64,000 nt of DNA. It comes from Callorhinchus milii (taxonomy: Eukaryota). How positions within the stretch are numbered: position 1 is the first letter of the stretch; every line of letters starts with the position of its first letter. This document shows, one piece after another, positions 51,445 to 64,000 of this stretch. The stretch covers positions 26,166,001 to 26,230,000 of the forward strand of contig NW_024704743.1 of the NCBI RefSeq assembly GCF_018977255.1. The letters run 5' to 3'. The notes under the pieces are model-generated. The model was not told the origin of the DNA. It made no database searches and saw only the letters and a program-made list of their open reading frames with translations. The translations under genes were made by a program, and so were the position numbers.

Positions 51445-53035
51445 GCTAACAAGCAACAGGAGGAGGCTATTCAGTTTTTGGAGCCTGTTATTCTATTAGG
51501 TTACAACATATTACAACATTTAATGCTATTTCCATGACCTTTCTGCATACACCTTACTAGTCATACTTTCTAAGTACTCTCCCTTTATCTTTATCTCTTC
51601 ATCTCTCTTTTTAACATCCCAATTAATTCTGCATTTACAACTTTCTGGGGCATTGCATCACACATTCTCATAAGCTTTTGTGTGAAGAAATAGTTTCTCA
51701 TTTCACTACTAACAACAACAACTTGCCTTCATGCAGGGAAGTGTCCCAGAACACTTGACAATGGCGGAGCACGATGCTGAGCCGGGGGAAGTGGCTGTAG
51801 GCGTTACCTGAAGATGGGGAAGGAAGGGGCAAGGCGGAGGGATAGATGAAAAATGTCCCAGAGTCTTGGGGCACAGTGGCTGAAAGCGTGGCCATCTATG
51901 GTTGAATGAAGGGCACGAGGGATATGCAGGAGGTCGGAACCAGTCGAGCAGAGGCAGCGGGTAGTGGGTTGGACGGGTAAGCAGGTCGGAGAAGTAGGGA
52001 GGTGCCAGGGCATGAAGGCATTTGAAAGTGAGCCTGAGGATCTGGAAATCAATCCATTTGGCGATAGGGAGCCAGTGGAACCTGACTAGAACTGGTGTGA
52101 TGGGGTTATGGAGTTTAGTATACGTAATAATATGGAGTCCTGTAGCTCAGTGGTTAGAGCACTCGCTTTGCAAGCGAGAGACCTGAGTTCAATTCCAGGC
52201 AGAGGGCGAAACCTTGGGCAAGTTTCCTTACTCCACAGAGCCTAATAATAATCCCTCCAAAACCAAAAACAATAATAAATTGGTCATTTTTAATCTATGA
52301 CTGTTTGTGGGACATTGCTGTGCGCAATTGGCTGCCGCGTTCGCCCACAAATATAGTCAATTCACTTTACAGTGTGTTCTGTGCAGCGCTTTGGGACGTC
52401 CTCCCGACGTGAAAAGTGCTATATCAAAATGCAAGGATTATTATTATTATTATTATTATAATGTGGGCGGCAGAATTTTGAATCAACTGAATTTTGTGGA
52501 TGGTGGAGCTGGGGAGACCGGCGAGGAATGCATTTGAATAATTGAGGCAGGAGGTGATGAATGCGTTGAGCTCTTATTTAAGATTGTCAGGTGGAAAAAA
52601 AACACTCCTCTTATAGGCAGCTGCATTATAATCGCCCTGATCATTGGCAAAAACATTAGCCGTTTCTCACCCAGGGAAAGCCATGTACATCACTCGGAAC
52701 TGCAGTCCTCATCTCCCACCGGAGATTGCCCCTGAGTTCCCCCCTAAGTTCTTGTAAACTGTTTCAACCCTTGTTTTGGGTCTCTCTACCAGAACGAAAA
52801 GTCAGCCCCTACCTAAGCTTGTTAATTCCATTACTTTAAACATCTCAATCACATCACCTGATAACTCCCTTAGCTTTAGTGAAGAGAACTCAGCTGCTCA
52901 TCATAGCTAGATCTTTTTATTCATCCAAGGTATTAATTTGATAACTCATTGATGGGTGCCCTCCAAGGAGTGTAATATCCTTTCTAAGTTGGGTGCCCAA
53001 AACTGAACACAATGTTCCAAATGAGGTCTGACCAT
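51445..53035 (-). mobile_element. Nested cluster: old CR1 interrupted by L2 (51712-52570), itself interrupted by a SINE (52134-52460)
   Basis: CR1-like sequence on both sides (GTGTGAAGAAA..TTTCTC; CCAAAACTGAACACAATGTTCCAAATGAGGTCTGACC). The L2 sequence resumes after the SINE. Confidence 0.7.
52134..52460 (+). mobile_element. tRNA-Deu SINE, young full-length copy
   Basis: Near-identical to 42686-43012 and 60931-61252. Confidence 0.93.
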
Positions 53036-55159
53036 TACATTGGGCTGGTGAATATTTTGGGTGTGAATGAACTTGATGAGCTAAATTGTCTTTACTCATT
53101 CCACATTTGCTTACATTCTTGTGTGAAGTGTTGGCGAACTCTCAGTGCCCAGTGTACTATCTGAGCGTGAGTTATTGCCTTTAGGAGAGAACAGGGAAAA
53201 AGTGGAGGGTTGGGGACTTTATAGCTGCAGTGTTATTTCTGGAACAGATATAGAAAGTAATTCTTGTTCAGTAAACATTCACATATCTGACATACTCAAG
53301 GCTGGAGCGATTTTAGCTATGCAAATATTTTGGATAATTGAGTGTTTATTGCGCAATTTGCAAATTTAGTTTACTTTTGCTTATAAACATAGTTTATATT
53401 GAATTCAATCATCATCAATTAAAATGCTACATAGGACATTTCCCTTGACTCAACAATCTCTGGAGCTGTGAACCACAATAGTTGATATACAGTACTGGTC
53501 AGTGATTGTTTTGAATAAATAAACATTTTAAATAAGTGGAATTCCACTGAAAGTCTTGAAAGAACAGCACTACTTATTATTATAGTCACAGATTACTTAA
53601 TCGTGTTATCTGTCACATAATTATCTGGTCTAGAAGCTTTCAACAGAGAACTAATACAGTACCAAGACATTTATTATGATGCAGCAACCTGAAGCAATCT
53701 AACAAATAGGTTTTGCAAATAAACTTTGAGCATAATAATTAATTTCTCTTGTTTTTAATAATCTTCCTAATTCTTCTCAATTCTCTCCCTTTTCTTTCTG
53801 CGTTTTCCTACCTTCCTCCTAGCACTCCTTTTTAATTTTCCTTCCCTGGTAAAACAACCACCTGACAAGTTACAAGTGCCACTAAGGCGGTGTCAGTTTT
53901 CTCTCACCCCCCCACCCCCACTGGAAAAAAACAAGAGAATACTATGCAAGTGGAGATATCTCTATTGCTTTATTGAAATGAAAGGCACTTTGGTTTTACT
54001 GGGGCCCTTTTCTTCAAGCTAAAACTGCTGGTACATCTGAACACTGTTGCATTCTCTTCTTTCGTTGGAGAATGATCAAAAATAATACAAATTGACTGCA
54101 AAATGGAGAAATACATGCAAGATTGTGATCTCATGGATTGAACGACTGCCAAATGCGCAATCATTAGGCCTGCCTTATGAACCAACACTTCTGCGTCCAT
54201 CAGAAGAATCATAAAGTATATAAATATTGGTTAATAATTCTTCCCTTCATTCTCTCTCTTCCGAAAGCTGTAGGAATCACAGGAGAGGCTTACGAAATTC
54301 TGTGCTTCCAAGCGATCGACACAATGAGAATATTTGGATTTTCTGAAGTGCATAATTTGATCAGAATTCATAAACGCTTCATACAATATGTTACTTTGAA
54401 ATGTAGTGACAGTTGCTTAAGGCAAATTAGGCAGCTCATCTGTATGTCATCAACATCCCTCAAACAATGGACAAAATTAATATGTATTGTTAACTTTGGA
54501 TGAGGCAGGAATATTGGTCAGGTCACCAACTCTGCTGATGGATCAGAATTCAAAACAAGATACTTAACATTCTCTTGAACCATCAGATCAAGTGATAGAT
54601 CTTTAGTCTAATATACAAAGGAAAGTGGAATAGGTGGGGAACCGCTCACCAATAGCTCAATTTCATGAAAGTTATTGTGTAGAGTGAAACTGGGCCACAC
54701 AGACTTGAGAGTCACAGGTTTGATGTCTCTGTCCTGAGCAAACAGCTGGGGAAATGGTCGGGGTCTACAGTTCCCTTGATGCAACATGAAAAGAGAAGGG
54801 AGTACCTCAACAACAACAAATTACATTTGTGGAGGACGTCCCTAGGTACCTCCTGCTATCCTGGCCAACAATCCTCCAGATTAAATGCTCAATCTTTGTG
54901 TAAAAAAGGCTGCCATGTTTTCAGAGAAAAAACAGTCACTACCCTCAAGACTAATTGGTATGAAGCACCTTGAGCTGTTCAATTTACAAAGCACAAAAAT
55001 ATACAGTCAATTCATTTGACAGTATATTCTGTGAAGCGCCTTGAGATGTCTCGAAGACGTGATAAGGCGGTATATCAAATGCAAGTATTATTATTAGTAG
55101 TATTATTATATGAAGAACTATAAAATGGCAAGTGCTTTCTATTTTATTTTAAAGTTGGT

Positions 55160-55432
55160 TTTGGTTTCCCTGGAATAGGGGGAAAAAATCAGTTTGGGTT
55201 CCCATTCCCGATTGTTATTTGTTGACCACTGCTGGAAGGGCAAGTTTGTGTTAGCCATATGAGGGCGGAAATGGGCTTGACTGCCATACCTAATATTCAC
55301 ATAGCTTACTGATGATCTGAACTTGTACATAAAGAATATCTACTTGGGCGAGTTGTTGTAGAATGGCTGGCACGCATGGAGCCCAATAGAGCATGTTTTC
55401 AAGAGAGCAGGAGAGAAAATTAGAGGGGAAAT
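55160..55432 (+). mobile_element. Ancient AmnSINE2-like element, 3' half (5' half probably ~54690-54800)
   Basis: GGAAAAAATCAG..GGGTTCCCATTCCCGATTG...CTGCTGGAAG...ACTTGGGCGAG...GGAGAGAAAATTAG, split from its 5' part by SINE fragments. Confidence 0.6.
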
Positions 55433-55893
55433 CCCAAGAGAAGAAAAATAATAATAATAAATTGGTCGCTTCAATCCAAGACTGTTTGTGGGACACTGTT
55501 GTACGCAATTGGGTGCCGCGTATCGCCCACAAAATATACTTGACGGTATATTCTGTGTAACGCTTTGTAACGTCTCAAAGACTTGATAAGGCGCTATATC
55601 AAATAAAAGGATTATTATTAAAAATGGCACAAAAATTCCTACACTAGCACCACCACTGGAGAATCAGCACAGCACATTTCAGCTTCCTGGTGTCTGTACA
55701 TTGAAATGCAGACAAATTCCAGCAGGTGGTGCTAATTTATCAGGTTTTCACAGTATCTTTTCCTCCAACAACACTTCGATCAAAACTAATTCTGTTCTGA
55801 AAATTAGGAATATAAACAATAATTAAAGTACTCATACTTTGTTTATAAAGACGAAAATTGGTCTTTAATGAATATTCACTATTGTACAAACGT

Positions 55894-56215
55894 GGAGTCC
55901 TGTGGCTCAGTGGTTAGAGCACTCGCTTTGCAAGCGAGAGACCTGAGTTCAATTCCAGGCAGGTCAGGGCGAAACCTTGGGCAAGTTTCCTTACTCCACA
56001 CAGAGCCTAATAATAATCCCTCCAAAAAAAAACAACAATAAATGGGTCATTTTCAATCTACGACTGTTTGTGGGACATTGCTGTGCACAATTGGCTGCCG
56101 CGTTCGCCCACAAATATACAGTCAATTCACTTTACAGTGTGTTCTGTGAAGCGCTTTGGGACGTCCTCCCGACGTGAAAAGCGCTATATCAAATGCAAGG
56201 GTTATTATTATTGTT
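55894..56215 (+). mobile_element. tRNA-Deu SINE, young full-length copy
   Basis: Full head, core and tail. Candidate TSD TGTACAAA at 55883-55890 and 56218-56225. Confidence 0.93.
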
Positions 56216-56263
56216 AATGTACAAAAATTTGATCAGGTTTCCATTATTGGGTGTTTCTAGTGT

Positions 56264-56352
56264 TAGCGAGATTATCATATTATCATATTAACGAGATTAT
56301 CATAGCATATTATCATATTAGTGAGATTAACATATTCGCGAGATTATCATAG
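56264..56352 (+). repeat. Short minisatellite of GAGATTATCATATTA-like units
   Basis: Four GAGATTA(T/A)CAT units with TATCATAT sub-repeats. Confidence 0.8.
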
Positions 56353-57059
56353 CTGACCAGACACCTTTCTGCTGCAGGATGCATGCCCAGGAAGCTGATC
56401 AGTTAGTGTCAAATGTGACAGACATTTTTATTTTGTAGACCAGTTATAATATGGGGTCCGAATTTTATTGACCCAAAGCACTGCGTTACACTAGGGGTCA
56501 TAGGGGATCTGCAGTACTCCAGGGCACTGCTATTGACAGACCAGCCAGCTTGGCTCATCTGCAGGTCTTGGACAGGCAGACAAGTCACTGGGAACAGGAA
56601 TTCTTCCCTTCCCTTCCCAGTTAACCATGTTGGACAAGCAGGAAGAAGCTTGCCAGGCAGTGCTGCTCTCAATGGCAAACTATGTAATCTTTGGTTAAAC
56701 TCCAGCAGTACCCCAATGCACATTCTGCAGTCCCCAAACCTTGGATTTCATCAACCTGCGCCGAATACTTTCCAGAATTAGGTAAGCAGTGTGTGTCGCT
56801 CTGGGTGAGCATGTGCATTCTATTCCAGACACAGACATTTCCATGTGTTGGTGTCATACATACATGTAACTCACAGTCTAAAATGCACAGTGTAAGCCTG
56901 GTGATAGGTTTCGCACGTGTTAGACACCCGGTTAGAAGGCTAACAAAAATGGGTTCAGACTGTTGATAATCGGAAAATAAAGCAACTCAGGGTTAGGAAA
57001 AAGGGAAAGGAAAATGGATTAAAACATCTGCTCTGATCTAATGTAATGGAGGCCTACGG

Positions 57060-57772
57060 GGGTGGGGGGGGGGGGTGTTGGGGTAGAGGAGTGTGTGTGA
57101 TTCGGGGAGAGGTAACCATGTCGGAGAGGGAGGAAGGTACTGCGCAAGTCATTTGTAAGTGATTTTAGAGGTCTTGAAATCAATCCTTTCTGCATCGATC
57201 CAGAGGGTGGGGGCAAAGAGCCTGAAGGCCTGACCGCCAAAGGTGGGGTGGGCGGGTGACATGGAGCAGGCCGGAGCCCACTGAGTGGAGGGAGAGGACA
57301 GGTCGACATGGAGTTAGCAGGTCAGAGGTAGGGAGCAGCAAGGCCGTGGAGGGCTTTGAAGGCGAGAGCGAGGATTTTGAACTCTGTCCTCTAGGACATG
57401 GGGAACCAGTGACGCGGGGCGAGGGTGGGGGGGATAGGGGTCCAGGAGCATGTGCAGGAGAGGACACAAGCTGTAGAGTTCTGAATCATCTGCAGCTTGT
57501 GGAGGAAGAGTTGGGAAGGTCGACAAGCAGGGAGTCAGCATGGCCGAGTCTGGATATGGATGAGGGTCTCAGCAGTGGGGGAAGGCAGAGCAGGTCATGG
57601 CACAGATGTAGGGTAGGAAGGATAGTTGAGGGTCAAACAAGATGCCAAGGTTACTGACTGGTTCAGTGAGGTGGAGTGTACATCCTTGGATGGTGATGCT
57701 GTCAGCGCTTGAGTTGTGGAGTCAGTGATGGGAATAAATAAGAAAGTTAGCTCTCATCGAGGACTTGATGTA
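57060..57772 (-). mobile_element. Degenerate L2 fragment
   Basis: Colinear with 176-1140 (GGAGCCCACTGAGTGGAGGGAG; GGATAGTTGAGGGTCAAACAAGATG; AAAGTTAGCTCTCATC). Confidence 0.85.
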
Positions 57773-57793
57773 ACTTTGTGTATTAAACCAATA

Positions 57794-58174
57794 TAATAAT
57801 AATCATAATAATCCTTGCACTTCATATAACACCTTATCACGTCGTTGAGATGTTTCAAAGCTCTTCACAGAATATACTGCAAAGTGGATTGTCTGTGTAT
57901 TTTGTGGGTGAAATAGGGCAGCCAATTGCACACAGCATTGTCCCACAAATAGTTGTGGATTGAGTGACAAATTTATTTATTTATTTTTTTGGAGGGATTA
58001 TTACGACTGGAAAGCAATCCGCCAATCAACGAAGAACTGGGTTCCAACTTACTGCTGGATAACAAAGGCATGTGGAGTAAGGAAACTTGCCTAAGGTTTT
58101 GCCCCTCCCAAGAATTGAACCATGGTCCTCTCGTTTGCGAGGCGAGCCCACTAAATACTTTGCTACGGGACTCC
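57794..58174 (-). mobile_element. tRNA-Deu SINE, longer subfamily, diverged
   Basis: GGAGTCCCGTAGC head, extra internal segment, Deu core and (TTA)n. Confidence 0.85.
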
Positions 58175-58329
58175 ATTACAGGACGCTGGCTCCCGCACTA
58201 CCTATTACAGGAAGCAGCAGGTATCAGCAGCTTAGACAGTGGCAATATGTAACAGAAATGCTATGAACTACTGTCTCTTTTTGTATAATCTAATTCTGCT
58301 CATATGTTCTGACATTTCAATACTGTTAC

Positions 58330-58530
58330 CTGGATGTGGTGTGAAGTGTGCATAAGATGTGATCCTGTGATAGGCCTCAGCTTCATCCTGAAATTTTAAA
58401 TTGGGATCTGCTGGAGTGAGATCTCGGGGCATTTCGTCAGCAAACGTTACTCTAATTCCATCCTTTCCTCGGTGAAGGGCCTCTGTTCCAGAAGAGAGTG
58501 GAGAGGAAGAACTGGGTGGTGAGTGATACT
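58330..58530 (-). CDS. CEP72: CEP72 internal exon (EYHSPP...RVTFADE...DPNLKFQDEAEAY...HFTPHP)
   Basis: Acceptor cttattttcttgtcggccag|AG, donor CCAG|GTAACA, phases 1/1. HFTPHP corresponds to the YFTPHP motif of vertebrate CEP72, and the phase fits the next exon. Confidence 0.8.
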
Positions 58531-58789
58531 CTGGCCGACAAGAAAATAAGAGTCTTTCAGGTACAGCCATGTAGACTGTATTGAAATTCAATGACTAAAT
58601 AAGTTTTTGCAACCATCCTTGTACAGGTTTATTCATGCAAAAAGTTGTAATTGATCCTTGGCACATTAAACCTGTTTTCTTAAATTCATAACTCAAAATA
58701 CTGAATACAATTACAGAATACATATAGGGGTAATAAAATATAAAAGCAGAATTCATACTAAACTGATATAAATCAGACCGCAGCTGTAT

Positions 58790-59290
58790 CTAGTATTAGT
58801 CAGCCCACTTTAGGAAATATGCTAAGGTGATTCAGGTGTTGTAGAGGAGATTTTCTAAGATAATACAGAGATGAATGGTTTGGCCTATGAGTGGAGACTG
58901 GAGAAATTGGGAGTATTTCTGCTGGAAGAAAGAAGGTTGAGGGATGACCTGATAGAGGTCTTTAAAATTCTGAGGGGTTTTGATAGTCAATAGGGAGAAA
59001 TTATTTCCACTGGTTGGTAACTAGAGGGAGATAGTCAGTCAACGAGCTAATGGGGAGGTTAGCAGAATTTTTTTCAGACACAGAGCAGTTAGGATATGAG
59101 ATGCCCTGCCAGGAGTGATGGCTGAAGCAGAACCCATATTGGCCTTTAGGTGGAACTAGACAAATACCTTAGCTGCAGGGGTATGGGGAATCGGCAGTAA
59201 ATGAGAATGAAAGGATTGCTCTTGAGCGAGCCAGCACAGACATGATGGGCAAATGGCCTTTTGCTGTGCCAGAAATTTCTATGGTTCTAA
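58790..59290 (+). mobile_element. Degenerate CR1 3' end
   Basis: Colinear with 21165-21696 (GAAGGTTGAGGGATGACCTGATAGAGGTCTTTAAAAT; GATGGGCAAATGGCCT; TTCTATGGTTCTA). Confidence 0.85.
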
Positions 59291-60930
59291 TTTGAAAGCA
59301 AACAATGACATTTTGCCATGAATTCCCAATTGCTGTTTTGTCAAATAACACAAACATTTTTTAGAGCTGAGCTTTGCTGTTTAGGCTCCTGCACACGGCA
59401 TCTGAACTTCCTTTTAGACAATGCAAACCAAAACAGTCAGGGCAAGCCAATTACAACTGATGACTGTACTTTTGTTCAATGTGATAATCATCACTGATTA
59501 TAATATAAAATCTCATTGTACATTTCCCCTCCCTTTTAGTGGGCTGTAACCGTGAGATAACTATATGTAAACTCTTCCATTAAAAATAAACAATCCTCTT
59601 TACTCAGGGTTGGTTATTGTATTTCACTGATTACCAGCCACATCTCACTCTGAAGTACTCAACCAACATCATTGTTGGGTGGATTGGAGCAGAAATGACA
59701 TCCTCTTCTTGATACATACGTGCAGAGAATTATTGATGCAAAACACAAGGAAATACATTGCATAAAATTGCCACAGTTATACTGATTGTTCATAAGTCAG
59801 TAAATTTATGGGAAAGAATATCTTATTCTCTTCTAAAGACCTATTTGATTGTACCTTTGGTCACCTCCTCCCTCTACTTCCTTCCTAGCTCATGCTCCCC
59901 TTTTGTGAAGTTCTTCCAAATGTTCTCCTTACATGAAAGACACTTTATTACTGCACAAAACCCACAATCTTCCTTCTCAGAAGCAATGATGCTGCCAATC
60001 AAGTCAGGCTGATAATTATTCACTATTCATTGCTGAAACATGAGACAAGAATATGTTACTGTAAATTAACACATCTACATATCCAAACCATTCCTAAACA
60101 TAGTGTGATTTGAAAATCTATATGAAACTCCAGCCATGCTTTTTCCCAGATTCTGCACTCCCACTATTTGGCCTGCCCTTTACTTCAAACAACTGAGTAG
60201 GTGCTGTACAGATGCTTGCTACAAAGTATGTCTGCCCTGGCCATAGACCTTTCCTTTCCTCAATTCCTTGTTTCCCACCTCTCATTCAAAATTTGTTCAG
60301 AATTGGGTCACGAAACCTGATCTACTGCATCTACTCAGTGAAATTCCTCTGGTCTTCGGTATTTCAGTTAACCTGCCCTGTGATCTTTTTAAACAAGCGT
60401 TGCTTCTTAATAATCATCTTTACAATTTACACAACTTCCTGGTATTACCAAACCACAGAGTGAATGCTCAATGGGTCAATTTTGCACCTCCATTATCTAA
60501 TCAAAACTTGCTGGTAGAGATAAATGACTATAATTGTTGTGCATTTTCCAGTGACTCACAGTGCCTGCTCTCCGGTAACTCATCTAAAGTGGCATTCTTC
60601 ATGCTTAACCATAGAAAAGTGGCACTCATTATGTGGCCGTACACTAAGTGCATTCCTTATATGTCTTATTTGGCATTCTCAAACTAACCGCAGCAATTCC
60701 CCCCAATTTCCCAATTCCGACTGCATTCAAACCAAATTCTTGCCATCACTTAAAAAGGGTCTTATCCAGTGACAAGACTGAAATACCAGGTAGGTGGAAA
60801 TTATCTGCATTCTTTTTCAGACACCCAAATATATAGAAGTTAAGTCAGTTGCAGATCTAATGTAAATAGTTTGATTTGATTATAACAATAACCCTTGCAT
60901 TTGAAATAGCACCTTTATAATTTATTATGC

Positions 60931-61252
60931 GGAGTCCTGTAGCTCAGTGGTTAGAGCACTCGCTTTGCAAGTGAGAGACCTGAGTTCAATTCCAGACAGG
61001 GCGAAACCTTGGGCAAGTTTCCTTACTCCACAGAGCCTAATAATAATCCCTCCAAAAAACAAAAACAATAATAAATTGGTCATTTTCAATCTACGACTGT
61101 TTGCTGGACATTGCTGTGCGCAATTGGCTGCCGCGTTCGCCCACATATATACAGTCAATTCACTTTACAGTGTGTTCTGTGAAGCGCTTTGGGACGTCCT
61201 CCCGACGTGAAAGGCGCTGTATCAAAATGCAAGGATTATTATTTATTATTAT
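60931..61252 (+). mobile_element. tRNA-Deu SINE, young full-length copy
   Basis: Full head, core and tail. Confidence 0.93.
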
Positions 61253-63226
61253 GAAGTGAATTACCATTTTCATTTGAAGGATTGTTGACCAGGACATTGA
61301 GGGAAACTCCCTTCATTGTACAAATAAATTTCTACCCGTTTATGTTGATATCGCAGATTTTGTCAACGTAAGGAGGTTTCAACATAAGCAAACAAACCGA
61401 GTGCTGTCAGTCACTGGGAGCCGAGGTGAGTGCCGGGAGTTGTAGTTCCAGGCGGACACTAAGCACCGTGCTCTGCCACTACAGGGGAACAAGGGTTGTG
61501 CTGCACACCCCAAAGCTCAAATGGAGCATTTCAGTGCTTTGGAAAGCCAGACACACCATGGGGAGGCAAGGGTTAAAACAACAAGCTTGTCGACATACGT
61601 ATTAAGAGCACAATGTACTTAAGGCTGTTAGAGACTTGAAAAGATTTGTCAATATAAGCATTTTGAAATTCATGCTGACATCGCCATACGCAGTATGTTT
61701 AATGTGTTCCTATATAGGGAAGGACCCATGAAGTCAACGTTTTGTCAAAGGGATGTCATTATAGATAGTAATCCTTGCATTTCATAGTGACTTCTCACAT
61801 CTTCGAGACGTCTCAAAGCACTTCACAGAAAATTCGGTAAAGTGAATTGAGTGTATATTTTGTGGGCGAAACAGGTTTGAGATAAGTGGGTTGCACTGTA
61901 GTGACATGGGATCATTTATGTCCAACTAACACTGTATTGAGGGAATGCATGTACAATAGTGATGTCTAATTTGTCACCTGAGTCTGATATATGATACTTC
62001 TAATGATCTTGTCTTAAGATCAATGCATTCTGTAGATGTGAATGTGGACATTTGACATTGGGAGGGGAGGTTCCAGGCACGAAGAAGCAGACAGACTAGA
62101 CTGAGGAATGGACTAACTGCCCTCGAGAGCTTAGTGGAACAAGACTTTATTGAAGGTGACAGAAATGATCAACTTTCATGAAATAACCCAATGGAATGCA
62201 GGTGGAGTGGGAGAGCAGAGGAAAGAAAAACAGGCAGAGTTTTGAACTAAAGGAACTGGGAAGGCAAGATCAGAGAAAAGAACACCTGGTGTCAAATCTT
62301 ACCACTGACAATCTTTTTCACTTGAAGCCCTCCCCAAATTCATTGCTGTGGCTTGAACTTAGTTATATCCATATATATATATATACACACACACACATGC
62401 AAACAAACGAACAACAGACTCTGGACCACAGTTTTAAAAAATATTTGTCCAACAGTCCAAAATCCAATTGGTTCAACAATGATGTACCTGGGAACTAACT
62501 TTCCTAATCAGAATCCAAACATTCTGTACAATATTATCTTTTGTCTTAATCTAAAATGTTGTTTAGTTTGAAGTGAATTGGGATTTTAAACTTTGCCGAA
62601 CTATTGGACTATTATCTTCAAATACCTGAGCTTGCTGCATGCTTGCCATACTTTAGTTGCAATTTCGTGTCAGATATGTATCATTCCACAGTAATGATTC
62701 ATTAACGCCTGCAACAATTTCTTCAACTGTAAAATAGCCTCTCTTTTGACCAGCTTCCCTGTACTGAGCAATGGTTCACTGTGTCCATCTGATAACTCTT
62801 AAAGGCTATCTCCAATTTCTGCACATTCCACTACCCCAACCACAGCAAATCTCAATAACAGCTACTTAGAATACTACAATAAAAGACAATAATTACAAGA
62901 CTCTCACGACATTTTAATAAGAAAGTTTGACCGACTCTTTCTGAAAATCAATTGCAGTATTCGGCTGCGTTGCTTCCTCATCAACCTGCACAATACAAAG
63001 CATCGGGTTTAGGCTTCTGAATTTTTAAGCACAATGTCAATTATAGAAAGACAACCGAAGAAAAAAGTGTAACTTATCATTAAATTAACTTTTTAGAAGC
63101 CAAGCAAATTACGCTTCAGAAATCTTTAAAAGTGAATTGCTCTATGTGAGAATATGCATCTGGCTTTCTGAAATGCTCTGCTAGATACTTTTCTCCACTT
63201 ACTCAGCTTAATTTGGAAGTCCAACC

Positions 63227-63468
63227 CCCATTCCCCCACCCTTTGGAACTCCATCCCACATTCCCTTCGCCAGCTCCCTCCCTTGCCTCCTTCAAGGCAC
63301 GTCTCAAGACCCTCCTCTTCCACCGTGCCTTTGGCCAGCTTTTTATCCTTGCTGCCCTCCACCCTCCCTGATCCAACAACCGCCCCACCCCCACTCGGGT
63401 CCAAATCCTTGACTGTCCAGCGCCTTGGGACATGAAAGGCGCTATGCAAATGTAATTTTGTATTGTAT
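63227..63468 (+). mobile_element. L2 extreme 3' fragment
   Basis: LWNSIP / SFKARLKTLLFHRAF, then CGCCTTGGGACATGAAAGGCGCTATGCAAATGTAATTTTG. Confidence 0.85.
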
Positions 63469-64000
63469 TTATTTGAAAGGAGCAACTCAAGTTCGAACTA
63501 GTATCACATCCCTCTCCAAAATTGTGCAGAATTTTACAAACAATCAAATTCAGCCCTAATTTGGCAGTCGTGATTCTTTAATTCTTAACTGTGGAGAACT
63601 GTGGAAACCAGTTCAGAATCAAGAGAAATGTAAGGGTTTTCCACAATTCTGCATAATCTTACATTTTTAAAAAAATGGTCCTTAGACTAAAACTGTACGG
63701 TATTTTTGGCCTCAGATGTCCACACGTTCCAGAATAACAATGAGGAGTGGGAACTTGGGTTTATTTTTACACTTCCTCGACTTAGGGTGTTAGTACAAAC
63801 TGTAGCATCCATAATGCTGCCTGGTTCGCTAAGGCAACAGAGAATCGTAAATCAAACCTGCTTGAGAACTTTTGTTCTGTAGAGCGTAGTGGGAAAACTT
63901 ATGCTCACTGGGCCGTCAGGGGAGAACCTTATTTTCTTAAAGGTTACCAAAAAAAATGACTTGTAGTTCCATTCTGAAGCTAAGCAATGGATGATAATGT

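Noticed and set aside
54294..54342. Possible small extra CEP72 exon (cacttcag|...|gtaagc on -)
   Set aside because: Its ~49-nt length would shift the frame, there is no recognisable homology, and the 58330 to 49911 junction is already phase-compatible.
58600..64000. Further upstream CEP72 exons (LRR region, DDEAVLNLIA-like motif)
   Set aside because: I found no matching peptide by eye. They probably lie beyond the window, though a small diverged exon could have been missed.

Overview
This is eukaryotic (vertebrate) genomic DNA, not a prokaryotic accessory region. The repeat content (L2 LINEs, CR1 LINEs, tRNA-Deu-L2 SINEs, Penelope-like hairpin elements) suggests a cartilaginous fish, plausibly a holocephalan; this is inference. 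The window holds two convergent spliced genes. (1) TPPP (tubulin polymerization-promoting protein, p25alpha) on +, with a complete CDS in three exons (10398-10714, 22761-22914, 24577-24777; 223 aa) and a probable ~5.8 kb 3'UTR. (2) The 3' part of CEP72 on -, with seven phase-consistent exons from 58530 down to the stop at 37050; I did not find its N-terminal LRR exons in the window. The tail-to-tail TPPP/CEP72 arrangement matches human 5p15.33. Almost all other ORFs in the track are retroelement debris or low-complexity sequence. I found no convincing novel multi-gene system. The most notable non-coding observations are a 178-bp Penelope-like hairpin insert with a 16-bp TSD and a hammerhead-ribozyme core motif, a young tRNA-Ala-derived Deu SINE that shares its 3' tail with the local L2, a TA-flanked TIR element next to a CEP72 donor, ancient repeats inside both putative 3'UTRs, and an in-frame alternative acceptor in CEP72. 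Repeat family names come from recalled consensus features, not database searches.
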